A stretch of 64,000 nucleotides of DNA from Massalongia carnosa (Eukaryota). The notes below the pieces were generated by a model. It ran no database searches. It was not told the origin of the DNA and saw only the letters and a program-made list of their open reading frames with translations. This document shows, one piece after another, positions 23,009 to 34,200 of this stretch; position 1 is the first letter of the stretch, and each line of letters starts with the position of its first letter. Location of the stretch: NCBI GenBank assembly GCA_965645245.1, contig OZ287088.1, positions 496,001 to 560,000 of the forward strand, given 5' to 3'. Made by a program: the position numbers and the translations under genes.

Positions 23009-24946
23009 TGTTATAACGATACTCAGTACCGCTAGCCAGCGGGCGCAATACATGAGCACCTAAGGAGGTACGGTGACGTACTGGGCGCGGTGCATCTATA
23101 TGTAGTGTAATAAGCGGTATTGTCTCTATAGGAGAACTATCATAGTAGCCTTTCAGCTTAGTGGCTTAGGTGACTCATTACCACCCCTGTTACAGTATGT
23201 TAGTTCTCCTATGAGTCGCTTGTTCGAGTCCCGCTGTAGACGAAGACTTTTACCTATGTCTATATGACCAGGCTAGCCGGAGGGTGGGTCTGGAAGCTAC
23301 AGGGGACGAGTTCGGCTTAACATGCAGGTCTACGGGCGCATGTGGGACTTACTATTCATAGACCCCCCCAACGGATGACTAAGTACAGTCATCCGGGTTG
23401 GTAAGGTGTACTTTTACAGCGATACTCTGTACTGCTAGCCAGCGGGCGTAATACATGAGCGCCTAAGGAGGTACGGTGACGTACCGGGCGCGGGGCAACT
23501 ATATGTAGTGTAATAAGGGGTATTGTCTCCATAGGAGAACTACTATACAGTCCCATGTCAAAAGTTTCCGACTCTACCCGCGATTTTCGTGATTTCGCGT
23601 TTCCAACCCCTCCAACCAATCAACTTTGACCTCATCATTTCACTATGCCACGCACTCCGTTGGCTTCAATTGCTGGTAATAAGCCTCGTAATACCGAATT
23701 AAATCAATGTCAAATAGGAATATTTATTGGAGCCCAGGCGTTGGGGCATGCACTGGCCGAAATTGCAAAGACATTAAATGTGCCTCGAACTACCGTCATT
23801 TATACTCTTCAAAAGCACCCAGAATGCAACAACGAAAAGTCCAAATCGCGATCGGGTCGGCCTGGAATATTATCGGATCGCGATAGAAGACATACCATCA
23901 AATTTGCACGAATCAATCTACGCATCACCTATGCGCAGCTGCGTACGGAGGCCAGGCTGCAATGCAGTCGATCCACTCTCTATCGGACGCTCAAAGACTA
24001 CGGTCTAACAAACTGGCTGGCTAAAAGACGGCCTTTATTGATGCCCGATGTGGCAAAGAGGAGATTGGAATAGTGCTTGCTTCGGCGTGAGTGGACTTCT
24101 AAGCAATAGTCAAAAATTATATAATCAGACGAGTGTTCGGTAGAAAAGAAGTCAGGAAAACAGCGTCAATGGATATTCGGATTTCCGGAGGAAAAATGGA
24201 AAAAACCTATGATACAATCATACGCCAAAGGCAAGGAGGTCAAGGTTATGGTATGGGGGCTTTTTAGAGAAGAGAAAGGTCAGATCTTTACAAATTGGAC
24301 CGCGATTTCTAAGCAAAGAAGATGGGGTACTCCGCGAATTCATATTTGGAATTATTGAACGATAATCTGTTTGGAATTTGGGGAACCGGGCCTTAAATTC
24401 ATGCAGGATAATACACTGATTCAAACTGCCAAAATGGTGAAGAAATTGTTGGATGAAAACGGTATAACAATCATCGATTGGCCTCCTTATTCTCCTAATT
24501 TCAATCCGATCGAGCACGTTTGGTATGTACTCAAACAGCTCGTTTATCAAGTCAATCCGGACATCGATTCGGCGACTGGTAGTGATGATAAGGTCCTCGA
24601 GGTACCTTGGAAAGCGTTGGAAGAAGCATGGGCCTTGATAGAGGAGGAAATGTTGAGAAGTTTAATAGTTAGCATGGAAAGGAGGATTGAAGCTTGCATC
24701 CAATCGAAAGGATAGTATACGAAATATTAAAAATATATTTCTCATCCCAAACTCGTTGCTAGAATGTATGTAATCATCGTAAGAAGTTTCAAGGCATCAA
24801 AATAAAAACTTGATGGTGGATAATTCAAAGCAGTGGGGGGGGGGGGGGGTAAAAAGTTGATGGGGGGCTGTCGGAAACTTTTGAACTAGTACTGTAGTAG
24901 CCTTTTTTCTTAGTAGCTTAGGTGACTTATTACCACCCCTATTACA
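23009..24946 (+). mobile_element. TRIM-like element 1 (~186-bp LTRs, ~217-bp non-coding core; right LTR split by a Tc1)
   Basis: Direct repeats 23009-23194 and ~23412-23547 + 24895-24946. TSD TATAG/TATGG. Confidence 0.8.
23548..24894 (+). mobile_element. Full-length Tc1/mariner element, transposase with stops
   Basis: TA TSD. TIR CAGT..TCAAAAGTTTCCGAC. RSGRP, SDEC, QDN, SPNFNPIE motifs. Confidence 0.92.
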
Positions 24947-25226
24947 TATGGAATCTTCTAGTAGCTGCGGGAACGAAATCGAAAGTACCTGCGTGTTCTA
25001 TCTACGATTGCCCTAGGTGGTGCGGGGGTCTTGACGAGTAGAATCGGGACAGATATTTCAGATTTCGTATTTATCAGCATGTAGACTTTCTCTTAAAATT
25101 CATGCAATACAATATATGATACGAAGATTATTTATCATGAAAAATATATTATCACTCAGACAAAAAATCGTGACAAATATTTCTATTGCTTAGATCTTGA
25201 TTTATTTCTTCGTAATTAGTTTCTTT

Positions 25227-25560
25227 TACGTCGCGCAACGGATTAGATTAAACTCGTCGAGTTATTTAACCCGTCGAATTTTACAAATTAAATATGAAAA
25301 TTCGACGAAAATATGACGTTTAAAACGATCAATTTGTTCTTACTAATCAATATTTCTTGATGAGTAATTCTCAGAGTTTTCAGAAATCTTAAATATGTTT
25401 AAAACGTCTAAAATAATCATTTAAAATCAATAAAAAAATCGATCGAATCGAACAAGTCAAACGAATTAACTCGAGAACGGTTCCTCAACTTAACAAATTA
25501 AGACCTCTAGGTTCCCCAATCCGGTCGCGGGTTGGGTTCGACAAATCAAAACCCGAATCA
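25227..25560. mobile_element. Heavily mutated hAT-like terminal relic
   Basis: TACGTCGCGCAACGGATTAGATTAAAC matches 58117 apart from transitions. 25320-25455 matches the reverse complement of 54130-54272. Confidence 0.6.
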
Positions 25561-26144
25561 ATTCGACTTCTGATTTTCATGTCGCAAGCAAATTTATAAT
25601 TATAAAAAAATATATTGAATTCAGTTTAAAGGAGACTCTGGTTACAGGTAATCGCATTGACTATATAGCTATGTAAGAGGAAAAGCCTAGCAGACTTTTC
25701 ACTAAAGGCAAAGAAAGCACGCTAAACCTAAAGCCTTCCGGGAGAAGATTAGACTACCCGCTATCCATGTAAGGAAGCTGTCGTCGATTCTAATCAACCG
25801 CTATTAAACTAAAATTTATCGACAAAAAAAGTAAAGAATTATTGTGCGCGACTCGCTAGAAATATTCGGACCAAGTGTTGCGTTAGCCTCGCGTGCTCCC
25901 GTGCTCCCCCCTTCTATCTCAGCCTTATGTCAGGCTAGGACCCTGACAATCCACGTGGTCCTTGTGGCAGTGAGCCTAACAAGTTATTACAACTATAATC
26001 GCAACCGGCATTCAAAAAATTCCTCTATTAATTTTAAAAGATATATCGACTCAGAATTATCGTTGTTAAACATGCTTTATAAAACGCGACATACGCGATC
26101 AATTATAACAATCTAAATTTCAACAAAGATCTTTTCTTAATTAC

Positions 26145-26914
26145 TGTCAGGATAGCTTCCTACAAGATATAAAGCGGTCATACACTTCTGCAGGGGGTGC
26201 CCGGGAAGACACTCATGCGATAGTGAAACCGGGAGACCTTCTCCCAGCAGGCATTCACTACTGGAATACGGGATCCACAGAGGCTACACAATGTGATCGT
26301 CACAATAGAGGTACAAATAGGTAGGGTCGGGTCAAAAAGTAGACTAAATGCTACCCTTTTAAAGTGCTTGATTATTGATCTATATAAAATAGGACAATCT
26401 ACAACCTAAGCTCTTCTTCCGTACCTTGCCTATACTACCTGGTATTTCCGGTCACCTAAACACTTGGGTAGATAAGGATAGGCAGGCGAGCTAGGGGAGG
26501 TGAGGCGAGGCGAGGGGATACTTCTTGTACTACGAAAACACCTCCATAATAAGATAAGTCCCCATACTGTGCCTAACTGGGTTAGGCGGGACCTTATTGT
26601 CTTGGTAGCTGTTTTAGCTGTACGTATCCCATATAGCCACATAGGCCAGTCTTACGTTCAACGAACGCAAACTAGGCCTACCTTATTACAGATAGTCTCA
26701 ACCGGTCTAATCATGTAATAATAATTAGTTTGACGAACGTGGCCTGATCGAGGTAGGGCTACAGGATAAATAGCCCTTCATCCACCTCTTCGGAGGGCAA
26801 CTGATCAATCTATTGATTACACTCTACTTACTGCTATTCTATAGCGACACCTATTCTATTGTCCTACTACTACTATAGAGCTATTTAGTCATACTGTTCG
26901 TACTTTACCTTACA
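26145..26914. repeat. Solo LTR family F (inverted), split by LTR G
   Basis: Reverse complement of 45128-45426. TSD ATTAC/ATTAT. Confidence 0.85.
26224..26690. repeat. Solo LTR family G
   Basis: TGAAAC..TTACA with GATAG TSD; inverted homolog of 57282-57765. Confidence 0.9.
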
Positions 26915-27186
26915 ATTATCAACACTACGTCGCGCAATGACTTGGGTTGAATCGGATATTAATTAATCGAATCCGATTCAGAAACCCGACTCTTATCCGT
27001 TTGACAAAAACTCGACGAATTAAGAAATCGATCTCGAATTAATTCGTTTAGTTTGATTAATTCCTTTGTATAACAAGAATAATAAGTAATCATTTACATT
27101 ATTTAATCAAAACCTATTATGATAATTTTTTATAAAGATATTATCGTTTATTGTCATAAAGTAACTAGGTACCTAGATTAAGTCTA

Positions 27187-28160
27187 CAGTACTAGGCCAA
27201 AAGTCTGCGGCCCCGCACCCTACCAACATTCTAACAATTATATTTAATTAAAACTCAACCACGTCATGATTGCTGAAATATCTTGGAATTTTACATAGTG
27301 ATTATATACATACTAAACAAGAATCCCCCCAAAAATAGATTTTTAATATTTAGTATACTATTCTTCCGACGCTATACAGGTTTTTATCCTCCTATTGATG
27401 CTCTGTATTAACCTCCTTATCATTTTCACATCTATCAACGTCTAGGCTTCTTCTAACGCGTTCCAAAGTATCTCACGAACAGTTTTATTACTGCCGATAA
27501 CTAAATCTATATTTGGGTTGACTTGATAGACGAGCTTTTTGAGCATATACCAAATGTCACGGTTTAACCATATCTACTCAAGGCTAATTAAAGGAAAGTA
27601 CGGCATCTGCCAGTGCACTAACCGCTTCCGTTACTCAACCCTTGAGCAATTATAGGAACAATCAACGGAGGTGTGAATTAACTGAAAGGGACGCATCGGA
27701 ACGACGTTCTAAAGCAAACATAAATGGATAAAAGGATCAAAGGACAGAAAGAATATTTGACCAAACTGTTCACTTATTGATAAAGACACAAGCAGCTGGA
27801 TCGGGCAAAGAGATTATTTATATACACTCTCAGAAAGGGCACCCTTTGCTTGTTTCCTTTCTGCATCTTTGATATTTTCTAGTGTATAGCTTCCCTGTAG
27901 ATAGTCAATTCTATATCCTGGTTGAACCGTCACACCCAACGTGCTCGATGGGATTTAAATCAGGTAAATAGGGGGGCCAATCGATGACCTCTATACCGTT
28001 CTCATTAAACAACTCTTTTACCTTTTTAGCCTTATTTATAGGTGCGTTATCCTGCATGAAAATGAGGCCCGGCTGCCAAATTCCAAGCAGATTATCGTTC
28101 AATAATTCCAGATATTAGTTCGTCGAGTACCTTATCTTCTTCGCAGCAAAATCACGAGTA
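27187..28160 (-). mobile_element. 3' part of a Tc1 element
   Basis: QDNAP, WPPYLPDLNPIEHV motifs. TA|CAGTACTAGGCCAAAAGT terminus. Related to the 23548 family. Confidence 0.8.
27555..27934. repeat. Solo LTR family D (inverted)
   Basis: TGTCACGG..CCGTCACA. TSD CCAAA/CCCAA. Confidence 0.85.
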
Positions 28161-28390
28161 CAATAATCGATAATACAATCATTATTACCGCCGGTCAGGT
28201 CGTCATAAACGAACTGCAAAGTAAGTTTGCCGATGCATTTTCACATTTGAATAAGTCGTACCGATTTATTAAACATTCGAATTTATTTTTCTTTGATGGC
28301 GATAAATTAGAACTTCGTAAATGAATCACATAACTTCGAATTAAGTTGAACATTAATGTTAGGCAGCTTGCCCTGATTTTATTCAGTAGC

Positions 28391-28706
28391 TGTTACAGCG
28401 CCACCGTATAAGGCTAATTATTACTAAGCCTGATGACTCAGCGGTGTTGAACACAGTCATACTATAGTCAGGTCAAGCGATGACTAATGGGACGGGACAG
28501 AAGGTCTGAGCCCACGTAGGAACGTCCGCCCTTAGTTGGCATAGTTGGCAGAGTACTAAAGAAACTCGACCTCGACTATTCCCACTGATCTATATAATAT
28601 ATTGTTAGGCCCACCTAGATAGATTATCTTACAATTTAACTACTCCGTACTAAATTGTTCTACTCTTAACCTACTACACTACTCCTAGTCCAGAGTCACT
28701 CTAACA
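28391..28706. repeat. Solo LTR family H
   Basis: TGTTA..TAACA with GTAGC TSD. Confidence 0.88.
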
Positions 28707-29729
28707 GTAGCTACGAAATAGAATTTAACTACAAGGAAGGAAAGAAAGGAATAATTATCGCTAAAAATAAATATAATCTACAAGGTTGGGTGACATTGGT
28801 CTGTGCCCCCCCCCTAAATTTTGAAAAACCGCCCCTTCTACCACTATTTTACATTGATCATTCGTCAATCACATGGTTATTACACGCAGTTTTCGATGTC
28901 CCCGTAAACGAGGTGGCTATCATGGTTTAGAATAGGGTACGCCTATTAAAAATAAATGCTACGGTTACATGGACGTAGGGCAATCACTGCATAGAATTCA
29001 TGCCGTCATAGGGGTGCATCGGGATACTCTTCGTAAATGGCGAAAAAAGCGCGATATTGGAAACATAGTCAGAAGAAAATGTACTGAACGGGCTGGAAAA
29101 GCACGAAAAGTCTCCGATTTGGAAATCAAAAAGGTGCTCAATTGGGTGCTAAAGGAGGAATACTCTGGAAGACGTATTTTATTTGCTCAGTTATGCAAAC
29201 GTCACAATTTATCAATTTATCCTCGAACTCTAGCACGACGTTAAGCTTAATTGGGCTATCGCAAATGCAATGCATGCCCGAAATCTTTCATCAATGAAAA
29301 GAATCGAAAAATTAGACTCGCATACTCTGTAAAGTTCGAGAACTAGACGGATGCCTGTAAACGACTTCGATTCCGTGATAAGAGCACGTTTTACATTGGC
29401 AAACATAAAAAGGATCAAATTCTTCTCAAGGTGGATAAACGATACTGTCTTGATTGCATTCAGACTCGTTTTCGGAATGGTAGAACGTCGTTTTCAGTAT
29501 GGGGAATGGTGGGGTGGGTATAAATCAAACTGGTATTTTTGCAGAATCTCTCCGGGGCCAGGGGGGGAATGACCAAAGAAGACTATATAAAACAGGTGCT
29601 ACTACCTGTCATTTCTCCGTACTTTCAGGAGAGCAATTATATTTCTCCTTATGAACGTACGGAGTATTCCCTTCATGCCCGAGAGTTCGGTGAAATTCTC
29701 TTTCAGGAGGATAGAAATCGAGCCCATGT

Positions 29730-29900
29730 TGTGACGACGAGAGATAGTGAATAGATTTCTACCATTGCGCCACCTGTCCTTCCCGACCAAAAGGCACAAT
29801 ACTTAGTCCGCAGACCAAGCTCTATTCTACTATAACTAGGACTCATACTATGTTCACTGTAGGTCCTGCCGTCCGCACCACGCATGGTCGAACCGTTACA
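29730..29900. repeat. Solo LTR of the TRIM 2 family (171 bp)
   Basis: Near-identical to 55608-55778. TSD CATGT/CATGG. Confidence 0.9.
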
Positions 29901-29928
29901 CATGGTTTGGGGTTTGGAAAGCGAAATC

Positions 29929-30302
29929 TGTGACGGTTCAACCAGGATGTAGAATTGACTATCTACTTGGAAGCTATGTACTAGAAAATATCAAAGATAC
30001 AGAAAGGAAACAAGCAAAAGGTGCCCTCTCTAGGAGTCTATATAGATAATCGCTTGGCCCGATCCAGCTGCTTTTTCTTCATCAATAAGTGAACAGTTTG
30101 GTTAAACAGTCTTTCTACCCTTTGTCCCTTTCATCAATTTGTGTTTGCTTTAGAAGGTCGTTCCGATGCGTCCCTTTCAGTCCTTTCACACCTCCCTTAT
30201 TGCCCCTATGATTGCTAAAAGGGTTGAGTAACGGAAGCGGTTAGTGCGACGGCAGATGCCGTACTTTCTTTTGATTGGCCTTGGGGTGGTTGAACCGTGA
30301 CA
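29929..30302. repeat. Solo LTR family D
   Basis: TGTGACGGTTCAACCA..TGGTTGAACCGTGACA with AAATC TSD. Confidence 0.92.
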
Positions 30303-31235
30303 AAATCTTTCACAACCGAAAGACTCATTCAAAATTTCTTTGTTTAATGATGGAACATGGCCTCCATGCTCACCAGATCTCAACATAAGCGAGAATATTT
30401 GGAGGATAATCAAGCAACGAATCGGAAGTTATAACATGGTTATCACTACTCTGGATGGCATGAAGAAGGCCATTTAGCACGAATAGAACGAGGTAAAACA
30501 AGAGGAAGTTGACAGTTTGGTAGCTACAATGCCTTCTCGTATAAAGCAATTTTAAGATTGAGAAGGTAACGAAACAAAATGGTAGAAACGAAGATGTTTT
30601 GTTGTTGTTTTGTGACTGTTTTTCGAACTTTAGAGGGGGGCACGGACCAATGTCACCCAACCTTGTACCGTGGCGCGCTAGCTAGTCACGCGGGTGACAG
30701 AAAAACGCGAATACCAAAATTTTCGCTTGCTATCTAACTATCTCACATCTTATTCACATCAAATACTTTACCATCCAGTCATTTTACCCCCTATATCAAG
30801 CACATCATCAATTCTTTTTGGTTTTGATGCTGCCCATTCGTTGATCTTGGTCTGAGAAAGCTTCGCTCACCCATTTCTGATTGCAGCTATTGTAGTTTGA
30901 TCATCCCTGTCAGGTCACGCACGTCCTGACATAAGCGAATCGGTTGTTATAACCGATCTCCGATCTCTGACTAGGACACGGCTCGTGTTCGTAATCTTCT
31001 TTTCATTGTACCAATCATAATCACTGTAATTAAATCAACGGACTGGTGACCCTAAGAAGTGGGGCTATAGGATAAAGACCTGATCGCCTACTTCTTTCGA
31101 GGGGTCACTGATCAATTTATTTATTTACCACTCTCTATTCGTACATTCATCACGAATCCATATAGTAGTCACGCTGTTAGACTTGACCCCTTACATTTTG
31201 ATCAGTCTTATATCCTAGTAACAGCCGACGATACT

Positions 31236-34200
31236 ATGGCACCCCGACGTACGACTTCAGCTGTAGTCAGAGATAATTCCTCTTGAATCAACGAGTCGGA
31301 CACAGTGGAAAACACGCCCGACTCCGGGACGACTAATCCGCCTCTGTCCTCCATGGACGATATGCAACGTGAATTGGATGAGATAAACGCCCAAAGACAA
31401 CGCGCCCAGCTGGCTACTAGTTTAGAAAAAGCCAGAGCAGACAGAGACGCCGGATTCCCCGCCGAACACCTCCCGACGACGTTGACTATTTGTCCTAAGG
31501 AAATCGACCTATTGAGTCTTGAAAAATTGTTCAAGACTGCTGACCCAAAGACCTATACAGGAACTAACCAGAAGGACTACGAACAATTCGTCAGAGAATG
31601 TCTTCGTACCTTCAATCAAAAACCCATCACCTATGAAAAGAATACAACAAAGGTCTTGTATGGGGAGAATTATATTGGAGGAACTCCAGCAGATGACTGG
31701 CATAGAGAGAAGCCCACACTTGATGAATCTTCTCTTACATGGAAATATTTTGTTGACTTTCTCCAGGAAAAGCTAAAACCAAAACATCTTCGTCTATTGG
31801 ATCTCGGAGGACAATTGAAGAAATTAAAACAACGACCAGGACAAATAGTGAAGGAATTCGTTTCTTATCTGGACACACTGAAAGAGCAACTTCCGGAAAT
31901 ACCTTCCGAATCACAAAGACATAGTAATCTTCTACATTCTCTTTATGATTATCTACAGAGAGCTATTATTCGAGCTAATTTTCAGGGCACAACACGACTT
32001 GCATTAATTGAAGCGGCCCGAGTAGCAGAAAGAGTGGAACCTAAACCCGATTTCGTTCGGAACGCCACTCGTCCCTATCATCGATCTACAAACGAAGAAA
32101 GCCCGCAGAGGGCCCCGAGTCACAAACGAACCGTGACCTACAACAAGGCCTCGAGTTCAAAGACGAGCGAAACTTCCGAGGCTAGTCCCGCTCAAGCAGC
32201 CGTTACCTCCCCGAGTCGTAAACGACCCCGAGAAGACACCACCGACTCTCCAAAAATCACTTGTTGGAATTGTGGTAAGAAGGGTCATAAAAAATCTGAC
32301 TGTCGAGCCCCAACAAGGAAGGCGGGAAAAGCCTAGAGTCAATCGATATTGCCTCGATTGTGTTGGCTCGTCAAAAGAGAGGTGAAAAAATAACTCACTT
32401 GTTTACTATGATAACTTTATATCTAGGACAAGTCATATTACGAATTCGGGCCATGATTGACTGCGGTTCGACATGGAATTTCGTGTCACAACTCAAGGTC
32501 AAAGAACTCGGCATCCGATTCACCCCCGACTCGCCACCGCCGTCCGATTTAAAGACTCTAGATGGAACACCTCTGTGTACCTATCGAAATCACTCCCTAC
32601 TAGTTGGGGTTGTTTACAGTAGGGGTATTGAGGATCGAACGGAACATAAGTTCGTGGGTACTGACATGTTCGGGGTGGATATGATACTTGGCCTACCCTG
32701 GTTAAATTGGGTGGACCCGGTTATCCGCTGGCATGAACGCAAATTGTTCCATGTTCGTCGGACCAAAAGTGGCGACGATGGGGCTTGTCTGCATGAGATT
32801 TTAACTCTCGAGACTGAAATGCCTGTAGAAGGGAGGGTTACCCACCCCCCGAAGTAAAAATACCAGTAGTCAAGCGGACGTAGCGATTGTGAGCAGGGAC
32901 AAATTTTGGGAAATTTGTGAAAAGGATGGAGTTCAGGCATTCCTTTTAGATATCGAGAAGATCGATCGGGCAGGAACCGTAGTCGGTTCGGTGACGGAGG
33001 TTACAAATGAAATCCCTTCCAAATTCAGATTTCCATGACGTCTTTTCGAAAGATAATGCACAGAAGTTGCCTAAATATGGACCTCAGGATCATGCTATCG
33101 ATACGGAAGGAAAACAGCCTCTATTCGGTCCAATATACAATTTATCTTCGACCGAGTTACAAATATTACGGGAGTACCTCGACGAATATTTGGCCAAAGG
33201 ATTTATAGTTCCTAGCACTTCATCGGCAGGTGCTCCTATTTTATTCGTCAAGAAAAAGGATGGTTGTCTGAGACTATGTGTTGATTATCGGGGACTGAAC
33301 GCTATTACCATCAAAAATCGATATCCTTTACCCTTGATCATGAACCTATTAAATGTTCTTGTTGGCGCCGTCTACTTCACTAAACTCGATATTCGGGATG
33401 CATATCATAAAATCCGGGTACGGGCCGGTGACGAATGGAAAACGGCTTTTCGATGCAGGTACGGTCAATTTGAATAACGGGTTATGCCTTTCGGACCAGT
33501 CAACGCCCCTGCGTCATTCCAGGCCTACATAAACGAAGCCCTACGGGAATATTTAGACGACTTTGTAGTTGTGTACTTGGACGACATTTTGATATTCTCC
33601 AAATCGATGAAAAATCATACATTTCATGTCCGACTAGTCCTGGAGAAATTACGGAAATTCAGTCTACAGGTGAAATTATCCAAGTGCCTCTTTGACCAGA
33701 CTGAAAATGAATTTCTGGGATTTATTGTAAATCGGAATGGTACATCTATGGACTCGTCTCGGGTAGCGACGATTATAAATTGGCCTGAACACAAAAATAA
33801 TCGAGATTTTCAAGTATTTCTCTGGTTTGCAAATTTCTATAGGTGTCATGAAATAAAGTTTGAGTTAAAACATAATGATTACCGAACCGTCAAGCGGCGA
33901 TCGAGGTAAAAGCCACCTGAAAGCCTATTCAGATTCATCCTCGGTATGAGTCTGAATAAACCCCTTACTCCACTCCACCAATCTCCTCACTCCACTATAC
34001 CCTCTTATCGCTAGAACGATCACATCCACGGGCCCACTTATCGCTCCACCTTATCGCCGCCACCATCACCAAAATCTCTCATCTAGGGTGAAGGTAAAAC
34101 ATGAGAAAGAAGGGGCTGGCTCAGGTATAAAAAGAGGACATATCCTGTAGATAGTTGACTCCTCGTCCGACGTCTTGTATAGCAAACCATCCCCTAGCTA

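Larger units (their letters stand above)
22866..25051. repeat. Solo LTR family K, split by TRIM 1
   Basis: Both halves match the intact copy at 57851-58093. Flanks TATAT/GATAT. Confidence 0.85.
28781..30665 (+). mobile_element. Tc1/mariner element, degenerate, containing two solo LTRs
   Basis: ~35-bp TIR CAAGGTTGGGTGACATTGGTC.., TA TSD, QEDRNRAH and WPPCSPDLNISENIW motifs. Confidence 0.9.

Noticed and set aside
25630..25950. Possible additional LTR fragment
   Set aside because: No TSD or second copy found; boundaries unsupported.
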